A stretch of 64,000 bases of DNA from a virus (taxonomy: Duplodnaviria; Heunggongvirae; Uroviricota; Caudoviricetes), in the IMG/VR virus record IMGVR_UViG_3300035703_000003. One strand, given 5' to 3'. Position 1 is the first letter of the stretch, and each line of letters starts with the position of its first letter. A model generated the notes under the pieces. It ran no database searches. It was not told the origin of the DNA and saw only the letters and a program-made list of their open reading frames with translations. A program made the translations under genes and the position numbers. Below are positions 30,151 to 40,130 of this stretch, in pieces.

Positions 30151-30747
30151 ATGAGTAAGATAATTGAAAAACCAGTATTCGGAATAGAAGGACACATAAC
30201 AATATGGGATCCTGATAACGGTGAAATCTTAGTTCGCCGTCGTAATGCTATTAACTATGAAAATATGAGTATTGCGCTTGCAAATTTATTAGCAAATGAA
30301 GCTGGTGGAATTGGGACGTATGCGATAGCACAAATGCGTTTTGGTAATGGCGGGACTATTATCGACGGATTAGGTGCAGTTACATACAAAGCAACAAATA
30401 CAAACATCACCACTGGTGCGCTATATAATCAGACATATGCACAAACAGTTGACGAAGCTATAACAGGCTCAGCAACAAATAGTGTAGAAGTAACACATAC
30501 TTCAGGCGAGTTATATAGCGATGTAGTTGTGACTTGCACACTTGATTATAACCAACCATCCGGTCAAGATACGCTAGATACAAGTGTTGATATGAACGGC
30601 ACTTATGTTTTTGATGAACTTGCACTTTATACTGCAAATAGCACAATGTTAACTCATGTTATTTTCCATCCGGTTCAGAAGAGCGCAAATAGAAAAATAC
30701 AAGTAATATATACTTTAAGAATCAGAACATCGTATAGTGATGTATAA
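30151..30747 (+). CDS. Baseplate/tail-collar structural protein
   Basis: IEGHITIWD...RNAINYENMS...FDELAL...THVIFHPVQKSANRKIQVIYTLRI; likely start is MSKIIE at 30151. Confidence 0.65.
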   Translation: MSKIIEKPVFGIEGHITIWDPDNGEILVRRRNAINYENMSIALANLLANEAGGIGTYAIAQMRFGNGGTIIDGLGAVTYKATNTNITTGALYNQTYAQTVDEAITGSATNSVEVTHTSGELYSDVVVTCTLDYNQPSGQDTLDTSVDMNGTYVFDELALYTANSTMLTHVIFHPVQKSANRKIQVIYTLRIRTSYSDV

Positions 30748-30758
30748 AGGAAGAAAAG

Positions 30759-31676
30759 ATGCCGTATACAGTTGATTGGCCAGATGCAGGTAAACCACCT
30801 ATTATCGTTAACGACGGAACCGTAGACACTAGCACTACACTAAAACTCATCGGACGAAATTATAGTAGATTTGGTGAAGCACTAAACGAAAATTTTTTAA
30901 GATTACTAGCCAACAGTGCAGATGACACTGCGCCAACAAATCCAAATGAAGGCCAACTATGGTATAACACCACCGAAAGCCAATTGTACTTGTATGATAA
31001 CGGTACGTGGTGGCCGGTCGGTTTCCAAGCAGGCGGAACACGAGTTGTTGCTAGAAGAAGACTTGACACACTAGGTGTTTACCATTATACAATAGAAACT
31101 ATAGTCGACGGCAATATCGTTACTATACAAGTCAGTGACACGACAGCATGGACCCCTGCAACAACCGAGTATTTAGAAGACGGTTTAACGATGTTAAGCA
31201 CACAGTTTCCTGTATTACAAGCAGGCGACAACATGAATACTACAGCAAATTATAAATTTAGAGGCACTGCTACTAGTGCAGAATATGCTGACCTTGCAGA
31301 ACGTTATGCTGCTGACAAAGAATACGAACCAGGAACTGTAGTGATATTAGGCGGTGAAAAAGAAATAACAGAATCAACAGATTCTGCAAGCATAAATGTG
31401 TTTGGCATAATTTCTACTGCGCCAGGGTTTGAGATGAACAGCGGCGCAGGAAATGACGAAACACATCCGTATATTGCGTTAGCAGGGCGTGTTCCATGTA
31501 AAGTAATTGGTCCTGTTAAAAAAGGCGAAAGACTTGTGACTAGCGAGGTCGCCGGACATGCTCGTGCAGCATATCCAAATGAATTGGGAGATTATAGACG
31601 CATTATTGGCAGAGCTCTTTCAAGTAAAGAGACACTCGACGCAGGTACTGTCGAAGTGGTCGTAGGAGCAAAGTAA
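30759..31676 (+). CDS. Tail fibre/baseplate-attached protein with C-terminal chaperone-like domain
   Basis: LKLIGRNYSRFGEALNENFLRLL, PNEGQLWY, C-terminal ADLAERY...GTVVILGG...ALAGRVPCKV...GRAL. Confidence 0.65.
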   Translation: MPYTVDWPDAGKPPIIVNDGTVDTSTTLKLIGRNYSRFGEALNENFLRLLANSADDTAPTNPNEGQLWYNTTESQLYLYDNGTWWPVGFQAGGTRVVARRRLDTLGVYHYTIETIVDGNIVTIQVSDTTAWTPATTEYLEDGLTMLSTQFPVLQAGDNMNTTANYKFRGTATSAEYADLAERYAADKEYEPGTVVILGGEKEITESTDSASINVFGIISTAPGFEMNSGAGNDETHPYIALAGRVPCKVIGPVKKGERLVTSEVAGHARAAYPNELGDYRRIIGRALSSKETLDAGTVEVVVGAK

Positions 31677-31679
31677 GTA

Positions 31680-32963
31680 ATGGCTGTTACTCCGGGGTCA
31701 AAAGTATACGGTAGTGAGTATAATACCGTCGCAACACTTGTAAACAAAGTGTTCGGCGATAACTATCCTACCGCTACCCCATTGACTTCTGTAGAAGCAA
31801 GTGCAACAACACCTGCATTTAATACATCGCAATACGCAAACATCAGTCGTGGCACTGATATAAACGGTGCACCTGCAGTTTATGGTAACTATAGATTTGG
31901 GTGGGGTGCAGCGAACCTGGCTAATAATATTGCCGTTGGCGATTTAATTACTGCAGATAGGTTGCAGTATTTGGTTGATCGTGTGAATATTATGGTAGAT
32001 CACATTAATATTACCGACACAATATTAGTTTTTGCTGCGCCGACAGGTAGAAATACAGTCGACAAATACGCAACAATAAGAGCCGAGGATTTGAACATTG
32101 TTGAAAATAAAATCAACAATAGTGTTATAACTAGTTACAATTATAACACGATAGATCCAACGGATGCTAGCTTACTTATTGCAGAACAAACACCAACTGA
32201 CATGGAAAGAACATCACCATGGACAAACAAGATAACAGGCGAGTATAAATGGGTATTTGACAACTACAATCATGCAAGACATTTTTTTAATAGCGGCGGT
32301 CAGTTACGTATTCAATTAGAGATGTCAGGTGGCTGCACTGCAGGATACTACAATTGGTCAGATGTCATAAACGAGATGGGAGTACTGACATTCACAATTG
32401 ATAACTTGTATCAAAGTAACAATCATTATACTGCAGGAACAAGTTACGGTAAAGGTTTTTACCATTTAACAGAAAACTACGGTGATGGTAGCGACACATC
32501 TACCAACGAAGGGTTACTGTTTGAAAGTGCTGGGGTTACAGTTAACCTTAGTGGTTACGGATATGGCTACGGGTATGGTTCTGCATATAGCGGTTACTAT
32601 GGTTTTGTAAGCAATACTATGACCGGATATACAACTGGCTATCATTATTGTCCGCCGAGTGCATATAGTGCCTATGCAACATCTGTATATGCAACTTCCT
32701 ACGGATCATATAGTGGCTATGCAAATCTAAGATTTAAGATTTATGGTAAGTGGGATGCCAGTGGCACTGAGTTGCACTTTAAAGTAATATTAGATGACAC
32801 TGCGTATGACCAAACAATCGACGGTCAAATTTCTTCTAACTTCACGTATCTTATGCCGGATACAATAACAAGAACTAGTTGGGTAGGATCTGCAACGTTT
32901 GACGTTAACCCAGATCCATATGTCGTAATTACAGACAATTTCAACACAATGGATGATAGCTAA
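31680..32963 (+). CDS. Virion structural protein with a Gly/Tyr/Ser-rich segment
   Basis: ARHFFNSGGQLRI motif typical of jumbo-phage tail proteins; SGYGYGYGYGSAYSGYYG...YATSYGSYSGY at 32550-32720. Confidence 0.6.
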   Translation: MAVTPGSKVYGSEYNTVATLVNKVFGDNYPTATPLTSVEASATTPAFNTSQYANISRGTDINGAPAVYGNYRFGWGAANLANNIAVGDLITADRLQYLVDRVNIMVDHINITDTILVFAAPTGRNTVDKYATIRAEDLNIVENKINNSVITSYNYNTIDPTDASLLIAEQTPTDMERTSPWTNKITGEYKWVFDNYNHARHFFNSGGQLRIQLEMSGGCTAGYYNWSDVINEMGVLTFTIDNLYQSNNHYTAGTSYGKGFYHLTENYGDGSDTSTNEGLLFESAGVTVNLSGYGYGYGYGSAYSGYYGFVSNTMTGYTTGYHYCPPSAYSAYATSVYATSYGSYSGYANLRFKIYGKWDASGTELHFKVILDDTAYDQTIDGQISSNFTYLMPDTITRTSWVGSATFDVNPDPYVVITDNFNTMDDS

Positions 32964-32970
32964 AAATAGC

Positions 32971-33017
32971 TTGACAAACTGACAATAAATATTATAGTAG
33001 TAGTTAATTGTAAGGAG
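32971..33017 (+). promoter_or_regulatory. Nested sigma70 promoter (TTGACA-N16-TATAGT) and late motif (AATAAATA 32984-32991), plus AAGGAG RBS
   Basis: Read directly in the intergenic region upstream of 33026. Confidence 0.6.
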
Positions 33018-33025
33018 AAACTCGC

Positions 33026-33373
33026 ATGGATGAGAGGCTCGAAAAAGCTCTAGACTTTGCAAATTATCGGCAAACATTGGCAAATCAAAAACGTAACATT
33101 CGTAGCAGAATGCAAATGTTACAAACAGTTCATTATAACAACGGAAGTTTTATAGCGGATGCTATTACCATTGGGCTTGTTAACGGGTTGTTAACAGCTA
33201 ATAAAAAAAGTGCTATTCTAATAGACACGAAGGAAACTCCGATTAAAATTGAGGATTTGTCGGAGTTTTGTAATTTGCTTATTGAAAAATATACCGAAGC
33301 GACAAACGAATATCTGACATTGTTAGATAAAGTAAATAAAGCAAGAAATATTAAAAAACTAATGGACTGGTAA
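33026..33373 (+). CDS. Conserved hypothetical protein leading the glycosyltransferase operon
   Basis: MDERLEKALDFANY; strong RBS; coupled to the next gene. Confidence 0.75.
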   Translation: MDERLEKALDFANYRQTLANQKRNIRSRMQMLQTVHYNNGSFIADAITIGLVNGLLTANKKSAILIDTKETPIKIEDLSEFCNLLIEKYTEATNEYLTLLDKVNKARNIKKLMDW

Positions 33374-34269
33374 TGAGTGAAGAAGAAAACGGTATATGCA
33401 TGTTTGCATATAACAATAGTCAGATCGATTATATTAAAATAGCTCACATTGCAGCCGCATATGTCAAGCAAAACATGAAAAACAATTCTGTAACACTAAT
33501 TACAGACAATGGTACATACGCTTGGTTGAAGGACAGTGTTGATAGTAGATGGCATAACAAGTGCTTTGACAATGTAGTTATTCAAGACGTCGAACACAAG
33601 TCTAATCCTAGAAAGCATTATGATAGTCCATGGACCGAGTTTAATGCTCAGTTCAGTAATAGCAACAAACACGAAATTTTTAATTTGTCGCCGTATAAAA
33701 AAACATTGCTAATCGATACTGATTATTTTATACAAAACGATTATTACGATTATTTGTTTAACTCAACTATACCGGTTGCGTTGCACCGTAATTCGATATA
33801 TCTGGAAGGCCAGCGACCTTACTTAAATGAATGTGAACTAAACGAATCAGGTATACATCATTGGTGGTCCACTGTAGTTTACTTTGATAAGAGTGATGAG
33901 TCGTCGATATTTTTTGATATATGGTCGCACGTAAAAGACAACTGGGATTATTACTATCTTTTATATCAATTTCCTCCAGGGTTATTTAGAACTGATTTTT
34001 GTGTGAGTATCGCTGCACATATGCTTAATGGTTTTACAAATGAATCATTTATCGAATCAATGACGGTTCCGTTAATTAACATGGATCAAAAGGACGATCT
34101 AATAGAAGTTAAAGACACCAATGATCTGATTATGTTGAGTCATAACAGACACGAGCCATGGCGGAATATTTTAGTTAGACTCGAGAATACAAATATACAT
34201 GCTATGAATAAGAGGGCAATCAATAGACATGCCGATCTTTTAATTGAAAAATTGCAGGCAAAATTTTAA
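33373..34269 (+). CDS. GT-A fold glycosyltransferase-like protein
   Basis: GICMFAYNN, SPYKKTLLIDTD (DxD), WSTVVYF. Confidence 0.6.
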   Translation: MSEEENGICMFAYNNSQIDYIKIAHIAAAYVKQNMKNNSVTLITDNGTYAWLKDSVDSRWHNKCFDNVVIQDVEHKSNPRKHYDSPWTEFNAQFSNSNKHEIFNLSPYKKTLLIDTDYFIQNDYYDYLFNSTIPVALHRNSIYLEGQRPYLNECELNESGIHHWWSTVVYFDKSDESSIFFDIWSHVKDNWDYYYLLYQFPPGLFRTDFCVSIAAHMLNGFTNESFIESMTVPLINMDQKDDLIEVKDTNDLIMLSHNRHEPWRNILVRLENTNIHAMNKRAINRHADLLIEKLQAKF

Positions 34270-35138
34270 TGTCTAGAGGATTTGTTACACTCGGTATTAA
34301 TACCGATAAAGATATGATAAAATACAGCTATGGTCTTGCGTTAAGTATCAAAGCAAGTGACCCAACTGCAGAAACTTGTCTGATAGTAGACAACGGCAAA
34401 TCTGATTTAGTTCCATCTAAGTATTTTCATGCGTTCGACTATATAACCGAATTACCGTTTGGTAATACTGCTCACAAAGACGGATTTCATGGCATGAATA
34501 TATGGCAACTAATTCATGCCACTCCCTTTGAAGAAACGATATATGCTGATTACGATACACTATTTAATAATGTAGATATTGAGCTATTGTGGGACCATAT
34601 GACTAACAACTCCACTGGATTTTCTGTGTCAAGTGTCGCACGAACATTCAGAAATAATATCCTAAATTATCGAAATTATTTTGACATTGAATTACATTAT
34701 AACCTCCCAACTAATTTTAATAACTTGATATATTTCAACCGTGGGTCGGAAATTGCAATTAATTGGTTTAAAATGGCTGACCCGGTTTTTCAAAATTGGA
34801 GAGACATTTATAGTAAGATTTTAACTGATAAGAAACCGGCGTCTTTTGACTCGAATGTTTTATCTAATATAGTAACGCATTTGCTCGATGTTAATACAGA
34901 AGTAGTAACTAACTTAAACAATTTATACGATTTAGATTTAAGAAGCCAAGGTCTGTGGAGTGAGGACATTCCGGTAAATTGGTCTGAAATGTTAAACCAT
35001 TGGTATACCGACGAGTTGACCTTAATTATTGAAAACTACAATATTAAAAACGGTATAATACATTATAGAGATAAATCATTTTTAACGGAAGATGTGTTAA
35101 ATGTCATCAGAACCAAAATTAATACAAATAGTCGATGA
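34269..35138 (+). CDS. GT-A fold glycosyltransferase-like protein (paralog of previous)
   Basis: SRGFVTLG, TPFEETIYADYD (DxD), LIYF. Confidence 0.6.
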   Translation: MSRGFVTLGINTDKDMIKYSYGLALSIKASDPTAETCLIVDNGKSDLVPSKYFHAFDYITELPFGNTAHKDGFHGMNIWQLIHATPFEETIYADYDTLFNNVDIELLWDHMTNNSTGFSVSSVARTFRNNILNYRNYFDIELHYNLPTNFNNLIYFNRGSEIAINWFKMADPVFQNWRDIYSKILTDKKPASFDSNVLSNIVTHLLDVNTEVVTNLNNLYDLDLRSQGLWSEDIPVNWSEMLNHWYTDELTLIIENYNIKNGIIHYRDKSFLTEDVLNVIRTKINTNSR

Positions 35139-36108
35139 AAGTAAACCTTTACCTAGGTATTATGTTTATTACGATGAATGGACCGGAGAAATAAAAAGTA
35201 TCACCGGAAAATACAAACAACTGTCGTTTTCTTACATTGTTACCGAAGACGAGACTGCTGCAAAAATAATGATGGGTATTTTAAATCCTAAAAAATATGT
35301 TGTGAGTGATTTAGTCGACGGCGTAAAACTTGTACCAAAATCTGATGTTATTGCAATTAAAAAGGCCGAAGAAGTTTTAACTAAGATACCTAGAGTAAAA
35401 AACTTTATTGATAGTGATGTTAATATTATTTTCTATAAAAATGATTATAAAATAGAAGTTAACTTAAACCAAGATACTATCTACAAAATGACAGGTAAAA
35501 GGTTTAATAAAAACAATAATCAAATTGTATCAAATGATAACTTTTTGATATTTTACTTAATTAAAAAGAATGACCCAAACTATCTGTATGATACAGTAAA
35601 AATAGACCCGGCAGATATTGTACTCAACGGATACAAGCTGTTTGATGTTTCTCATTTGCAAAATAAAGTATCTCTAGATGATATCGACGTACTAACAAAA
35701 AGAATTTTTAAAAATTACGGCTTGAAAATAAAACAAAACTATGTTAACATAGATTATCATACTAGAAGAAGCAACAAGAGAACGCACACTATAATTCACA
35801 ACTCCACAGAAGAATGGAGTACATTTTCTGTTAGTCCTTCAACCGAGGGATGGATTATTAAAAGTAATTTTAGCAATCCGCAAGAACAAAAAATATATAA
35901 AGACCTTAAGATTTTTTTAACAGGCAAAGATCCTAATACACTGCTTGGTAAGATAATTATACCTTATGACCAAATTGGTAACTTTAAAGAATACATAGTA
36001 AAGACTACGATAGATCCTACTACTTGTAAATTATTATTAGGCGAAGAAGGCAAAAATATAACTTTTAAATTTGAGGAAATCGAATATGTCAAATCTGGTA
36101 AGTATTAA
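35101..36108 (+). CDS. Hypothetical protein
   Basis: 335-aa ORF overlapping both neighbours; no motif recognised. Confidence 0.7.
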   Translation: MSSEPKLIQIVDESKPLPRYYVYYDEWTGEIKSITGKYKQLSFSYIVTEDETAAKIMMGILNPKKYVVSDLVDGVKLVPKSDVIAIKKAEEVLTKIPRVKNFIDSDVNIIFYKNDYKIEVNLNQDTIYKMTGKRFNKNNNQIVSNDNFLIFYLIKKNDPNYLYDTVKIDPADIVLNGYKLFDVSHLQNKVSLDDIDVLTKRIFKNYGLKIKQNYVNIDYHTRRSNKRTHTIIHNSTEEWSTFSVSPSTEGWIIKSNFSNPQEQKIYKDLKIFLTGKDPNTLLGKIIIPYDQIGNFKEYIVKTTIDPTTCKLLLGEEGKNITFKFEEIEYVKSGKY

Positions 36109-37063
36109 CGATTTTGATATTGTCTACATTAGCTACGACGAGCCCAATGCAGATGAAAACTACGCAGACTTATTAACAAAATGTCCTTGGGCTAAACGTA
36201 GTCATGGTGTATGGGGCAGTGATGCCGCACACAAAGCAGCCGCTGCGTTAAGTGAAACTGAAAGATTCGTTACAATCGATGCTGATAACATTGTTAACGA
36301 AGATTTTTTTAACGTTCAGATTGACATGGATAAAGTTCGTAGTAATGATGTTATCAGTTGGGCTGCACGAAATCAAATCAACGGCTTAATATACGGCAAT
36401 GGCGGCATTAAATGTTGGCCGGTTGATGTGGTAATGCGTATGCGAACACATGAAGCAGCGCCTCCTACTGATAAGCGAGCCCAAGTAGATTTCTGTTGGA
36501 ATATTCACTACGTTCAGATGAATAATTGGTATAGTCATGTGTATAACAACGGTAGTCCGTTGCAAGCATGGCGTGCTGGTTTCCGTGAAGGTGTAAAAAT
36601 GGGATTAGAAAACGGCGATGTTGTCGATCCTGGTAAACTTAAGAAAATTCATAGAGAAAACTATAAGCGTTTGTTAGTTTGGATGAGTGTAGGTGAAGAT
36701 GCTACAAATGGATTGTGGGCAGTATACGGCGCAAGACTCGGATGCTATATGACAAACGTATTGCGTCATGAATGGGACTGGAAAAACGTTAGAGACTTTG
36801 ATTGGTTAAGCAACTACTTTAACACAGAACTAGCGCCGCAATTCAAAGATGGAACAGAACTTTGTCCACGTACAGGATACAGTTGGGATCCGATCAAATT
36901 AAAAGCAGAAACAGTAAGACTTGGTAATGAATTAAGAAGTAAACTTGATCTTGAAATCGCGGATCTTAATAAAGAAGGTAGCAGATTTTTCAAGACTACT
37001 TATAAAAATCCTTCTAGATTGGGTGCAATGATTCGAGAAACTGAGGTTATAGATAGTATTTAA
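36086..37063 (+). CDS. Glycosyltransferase family 2-like protein
   Basis: FDIVYISYDEPNADENY, VTIDADN (DxD), YGNGGIK, QAWRAGFRE. GAGGA RBS supports the start at 36086. Confidence 0.7.
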   Translation: MSNLVSINDFDIVYISYDEPNADENYADLLTKCPWAKRSHGVWGSDAAHKAAAALSETERFVTIDADNIVNEDFFNVQIDMDKVRSNDVISWAARNQINGLIYGNGGIKCWPVDVVMRMRTHEAAPPTDKRAQVDFCWNIHYVQMNNWYSHVYNNGSPLQAWRAGFREGVKMGLENGDVVDPGKLKKIHRENYKRLLVWMSVGEDATNGLWAVYGARLGCYMTNVLRHEWDWKNVRDFDWLSNYFNTELAPQFKDGTELCPRTGYSWDPIKLKAETVRLGNELRSKLDLEIADLNKEGSRFFKTTYKNPSRLGAMIRETEVIDSI

Positions 37064-38634
37064 TGGCAACTCTTGATTACTTCGAAGAAGCAAAAAAAAC
37101 TAAAGACAAGTTAAATCAGATTAGTCCTACTATGTGTATGGCTAAATGGTTGCAAGTCAGTATGCACTTAACATCAGGATTAACGCAAAGCTGTTACCAT
37201 CCGCCAACACACAAAATTCCTTTAGACGAATTAGAAGAAAATCCTAAAGCGTTGCACAATACAATAGAAAAAGTAAAACAACGCAGAGATATGTGGCAAG
37301 GTAAACGTCCGACTGGATGCCAATATTGCTGGAATATCGAAGACGCTCCTGATGGACCACATTTAAGCGATAGGCATTATCGTAGCAGCGAAGTATGGGC
37401 ACAAGATGGATGGAATGAAGTAATAGACGGCGGATGGGACAACAACATTAATCCAAGATATGTTGAAGTTAATTTCAATCAAGCATGTAATTTTAAATGC
37501 ACATATTGCAGCCCTCATTTAAGCACAACTTGGCAAAAAGAAATCGAAGATTATGGCCCTTATGATCTTGGCGACGACTTTAAACATAACGATATTAAAA
37601 GTTTATCTGCTGCAGAGTTAATGCCTATCAATTCTAGTAATAAAGATAACCCGTATGTAGAAGCTTTTTGGGACTGGTGGCCTGATTTGTATAAGGATTT
37701 GAAAGTTTTTCGTATGACCGGCGGAGAACCTCTAATGGATAAAAATACATTTAGAGTATTAGATTACGTTAACAAAAATCCAAATTCTACATTAGACTTA
37801 AGTATAACTAGTAATATGTGTCCACCTGATCAACGTTTATTCGATAAATTTATTAAAAAACTAAAAGCTATCGAGGAAGTTAGAATTTGGGAAGATAAAG
37901 AAAAGTTTAACCCAGATAGTGGTAATAATTGGTATGTGGCCCCTGCATGTAAACATTTTAGTTTGTTTATTAGCTTAGATAGTACAGGTGAACAAGCGGA
38001 ATATATCAGAACAGGTCTCGATTACGAACGTATGATGAAAAATATTAAAACGTTCATGAAAGAAACACAGGGATCAGAGATAAGTTTTATTAACACATTT
38101 AACTTACTAAGTATTCCTCGTCTTAAAGAATTTTTGCAAATGATCTTAGATTTGCGTATAGAATTTGGTTATGAAAATCAAACAGATCATGTTATACAAC
38201 CTCCCGATCGTAACGGTTTTGTACATCCTCCTTTTGTCAGAAAACGTCGCCAGCGGGTTTGGTTCGATATTCCATATCTTCGTCAGCCAGAATGGATGAG
38301 CGCACAAAATGCAGCGTTTTATCCTGAACTTATTTCTATGTTAGAGGATTGTTTAGTTTTCATGGAAAATAATGTAGAAAATGAACACTATGGTAGAACA
38401 TATCATGGGTTCAAACACTACGAAATCGCTAAACTTAAAAGAGACATTGCCTGGATCAAAAACGGAAAAACAGAGCTTTCTGTTACAGAGATGTCTAGAA
38501 GAAAAAAACAGTTCTGGTTATATTTTAATCAAATCGATCAAAGAAGGAACACTAAGTTCCCTGAAGTTTTTCCCGAACTAGGAAACTGGTGGAACGATTG
38601 CTACAAACATTTCAACGAAAGTAACAAAATATGA
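37063..38634 (+). CDS. Radical SAM protein 1, N-terminal twitch domain
   Basis: CMAKW..SCYHPP..GCQYCW; CNFKCTYC; TGGEP. Confidence 0.92.
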   Translation: MATLDYFEEAKKTKDKLNQISPTMCMAKWLQVSMHLTSGLTQSCYHPPTHKIPLDELEENPKALHNTIEKVKQRRDMWQGKRPTGCQYCWNIEDAPDGPHLSDRHYRSSEVWAQDGWNEVIDGGWDNNINPRYVEVNFNQACNFKCTYCSPHLSTTWQKEIEDYGPYDLGDDFKHNDIKSLSAAELMPINSSNKDNPYVEAFWDWWPDLYKDLKVFRMTGGEPLMDKNTFRVLDYVNKNPNSTLDLSITSNMCPPDQRLFDKFIKKLKAIEEVRIWEDKEKFNPDSGNNWYVAPACKHFSLFISLDSTGEQAEYIRTGLDYERMMKNIKTFMKETQGSEISFINTFNLLSIPRLKEFLQMILDLRIEFGYENQTDHVIQPPDRNGFVHPPFVRKRRQRVWFDIPYLRQPEWMSAQNAAFYPELISMLEDCLVFMENNVENEHYGRTYHGFKHYEIAKLKRDIAWIKNGKTELSVTEMSRRKKQFWLYFNQIDQRRNTKFPEVFPELGNWWNDCYKHFNESNKI

Positions 38635-40112
38635 GAAAATCGAACGAGTCATTTAATGAATACAAAGAGCGTATGATTGATACTGTTAGCGATAGTTTTT
38701 GTGCAGCTAAATGGTATAACTCCACTATTTGGTTAGGCCACGGACAAACCGCTAGCTGTCACCATCCGCCGGGGCACTGGATCCCAATGGAAGAACTCGA
38801 AACAAATTATACTGCTATTCATAACACAAAGCATAAGAAACTTATGCGTAAAATGATGCAAGAAGGCGAGCGTCCACAAGAATGCGAATATTGTTGGAAA
38901 GTAGAAGATATTGGACGTAACAACATAAGTGATCGTGTCTATAAAACAGAAATTTTCAAAGACGAAGATGTAAAAGCGTGTGCCACAACGCCATGGGATC
39001 AAGATGTCACACTAAGAACACTTGAAATTGCGTTTGACCGTGCATGTAACTTTGCATGTAGTTATTGCAATCCTGCGTTTTCTAGCTCGTGGGTTAAAGA
39101 CATTAAAGATAACGGTCCTTACATGAATATCCAAAGTGATGGGCGTGGGCACTTTATCGATACTGCGCCGTGGGCTGCACGTAAAACATTGCACGAAGAA
39201 GACAATCCATATATTATTGCGTTTTGGAAGTGGTGGGAAAATGGTCTCAATGATAAACTAGAAGAAATCCGAATCACAGGCGGCGAACCATTAATGCATA
39301 AGTCTGTCTGGAAACTGTTTGATTGGTTTAGAGAAAATCCTAATAGCACAATGCGGTTCGCTATCAATAGCAATCTTGTTCCCGAAAATGAGCGCATGTT
39401 TCAAAAACTAATAGACGCAAGTTTTGACATACAAAAGTTTGAAATTTATACCAGTGCTGAATGTGCAGCAACACAAAATGAATATATTCGTGACGGACTC
39501 AACTATAAAGTTTGGCGCAATAATATTATCAGATTATTAAAAGAGTCTAATGTTAAAAAGTTACATTGCATGATGACAATTAATAGTCTGTGTTTGGAAA
39601 CTATCACAGAGTTCATGGACGATATGATAGAGCTACGTAAAGAATTCGGTCAACGTGCGCCTACCATGACACTCAACATATTGCGCTTTCCTAGTTTTCA
39701 AAGTGCTGCAATATTGCCAGTAGAGTTGAAAGCAATTTTTAAGAGAAAACTTGAAGATTGGTTACCGACAAAACAAGAGTTTTTAAATCAGGGCGAAGTT
39801 GCACATGTTCAACGACTGATCGATTATTTAGACGTTGTTAAAACGCCACATCGAAATACAGCAGAAACACCTAAGTTATATAATGACTTCCGTTATTTCT
39901 ATGAGCAGTATGACATCAGACGTAACAAAGATTTCCGTGCTGCATTTCCTACATTTGTTGAATGGTACAATAGCATACCTTACAACTCGGATATAGTTGT
40001 CCCTAGTATTACATCCGCAATAGACCCTGCAACGACAGAAAATTATTTAAACGACGACATTGTAGCAGGCACCGGGGGGTGGAATACAAAAACAGATACG
40101 CTAGGAGTTTAA
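38631..40112 (+). CDS. Radical SAM protein 2, N-terminal twitch domain
   Basis: CAAKW..SCHHPP..ECEYCW; CNFACSYC; TGGEP. Confidence 0.92.
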   Translation: MRKSNESFNEYKERMIDTVSDSFCAAKWYNSTIWLGHGQTASCHHPPGHWIPMEELETNYTAIHNTKHKKLMRKMMQEGERPQECEYCWKVEDIGRNNISDRVYKTEIFKDEDVKACATTPWDQDVTLRTLEIAFDRACNFACSYCNPAFSSSWVKDIKDNGPYMNIQSDGRGHFIDTAPWAARKTLHEEDNPYIIAFWKWWENGLNDKLEEIRITGGEPLMHKSVWKLFDWFRENPNSTMRFAINSNLVPENERMFQKLIDASFDIQKFEIYTSAECAATQNEYIRDGLNYKVWRNNIIRLLKESNVKKLHCMMTINSLCLETITEFMDDMIELRKEFGQRAPTMTLNILRFPSFQSAAILPVELKAIFKRKLEDWLPTKQEFLNQGEVAHVQRLIDYLDVVKTPHRNTAETPKLYNDFRYFYEQYDIRRNKDFRAAFPTFVEWYNSIPYNSDIVVPSITSAIDPATTENYLNDDIVAGTGGWNTKTDTLGV

Positions 40113-40130
40113 GGGGCATATGCCCCTTTT
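40111..40130 (+). terminator. Intrinsic terminator between convergent radical SAM operons
   Basis: AAGGGGC-atat-GCCCCTT then TT; possibly bidirectional. Confidence 0.65.

Noticed and set aside
33026-33373. Classical RiPP precursor peptide for the rSAM cluster
   Set aside because: 115-aa helical-looking protein without leader/core structure; no short precursor ORF, PqqD/RRE domain, protease or exporter recognised in the island.
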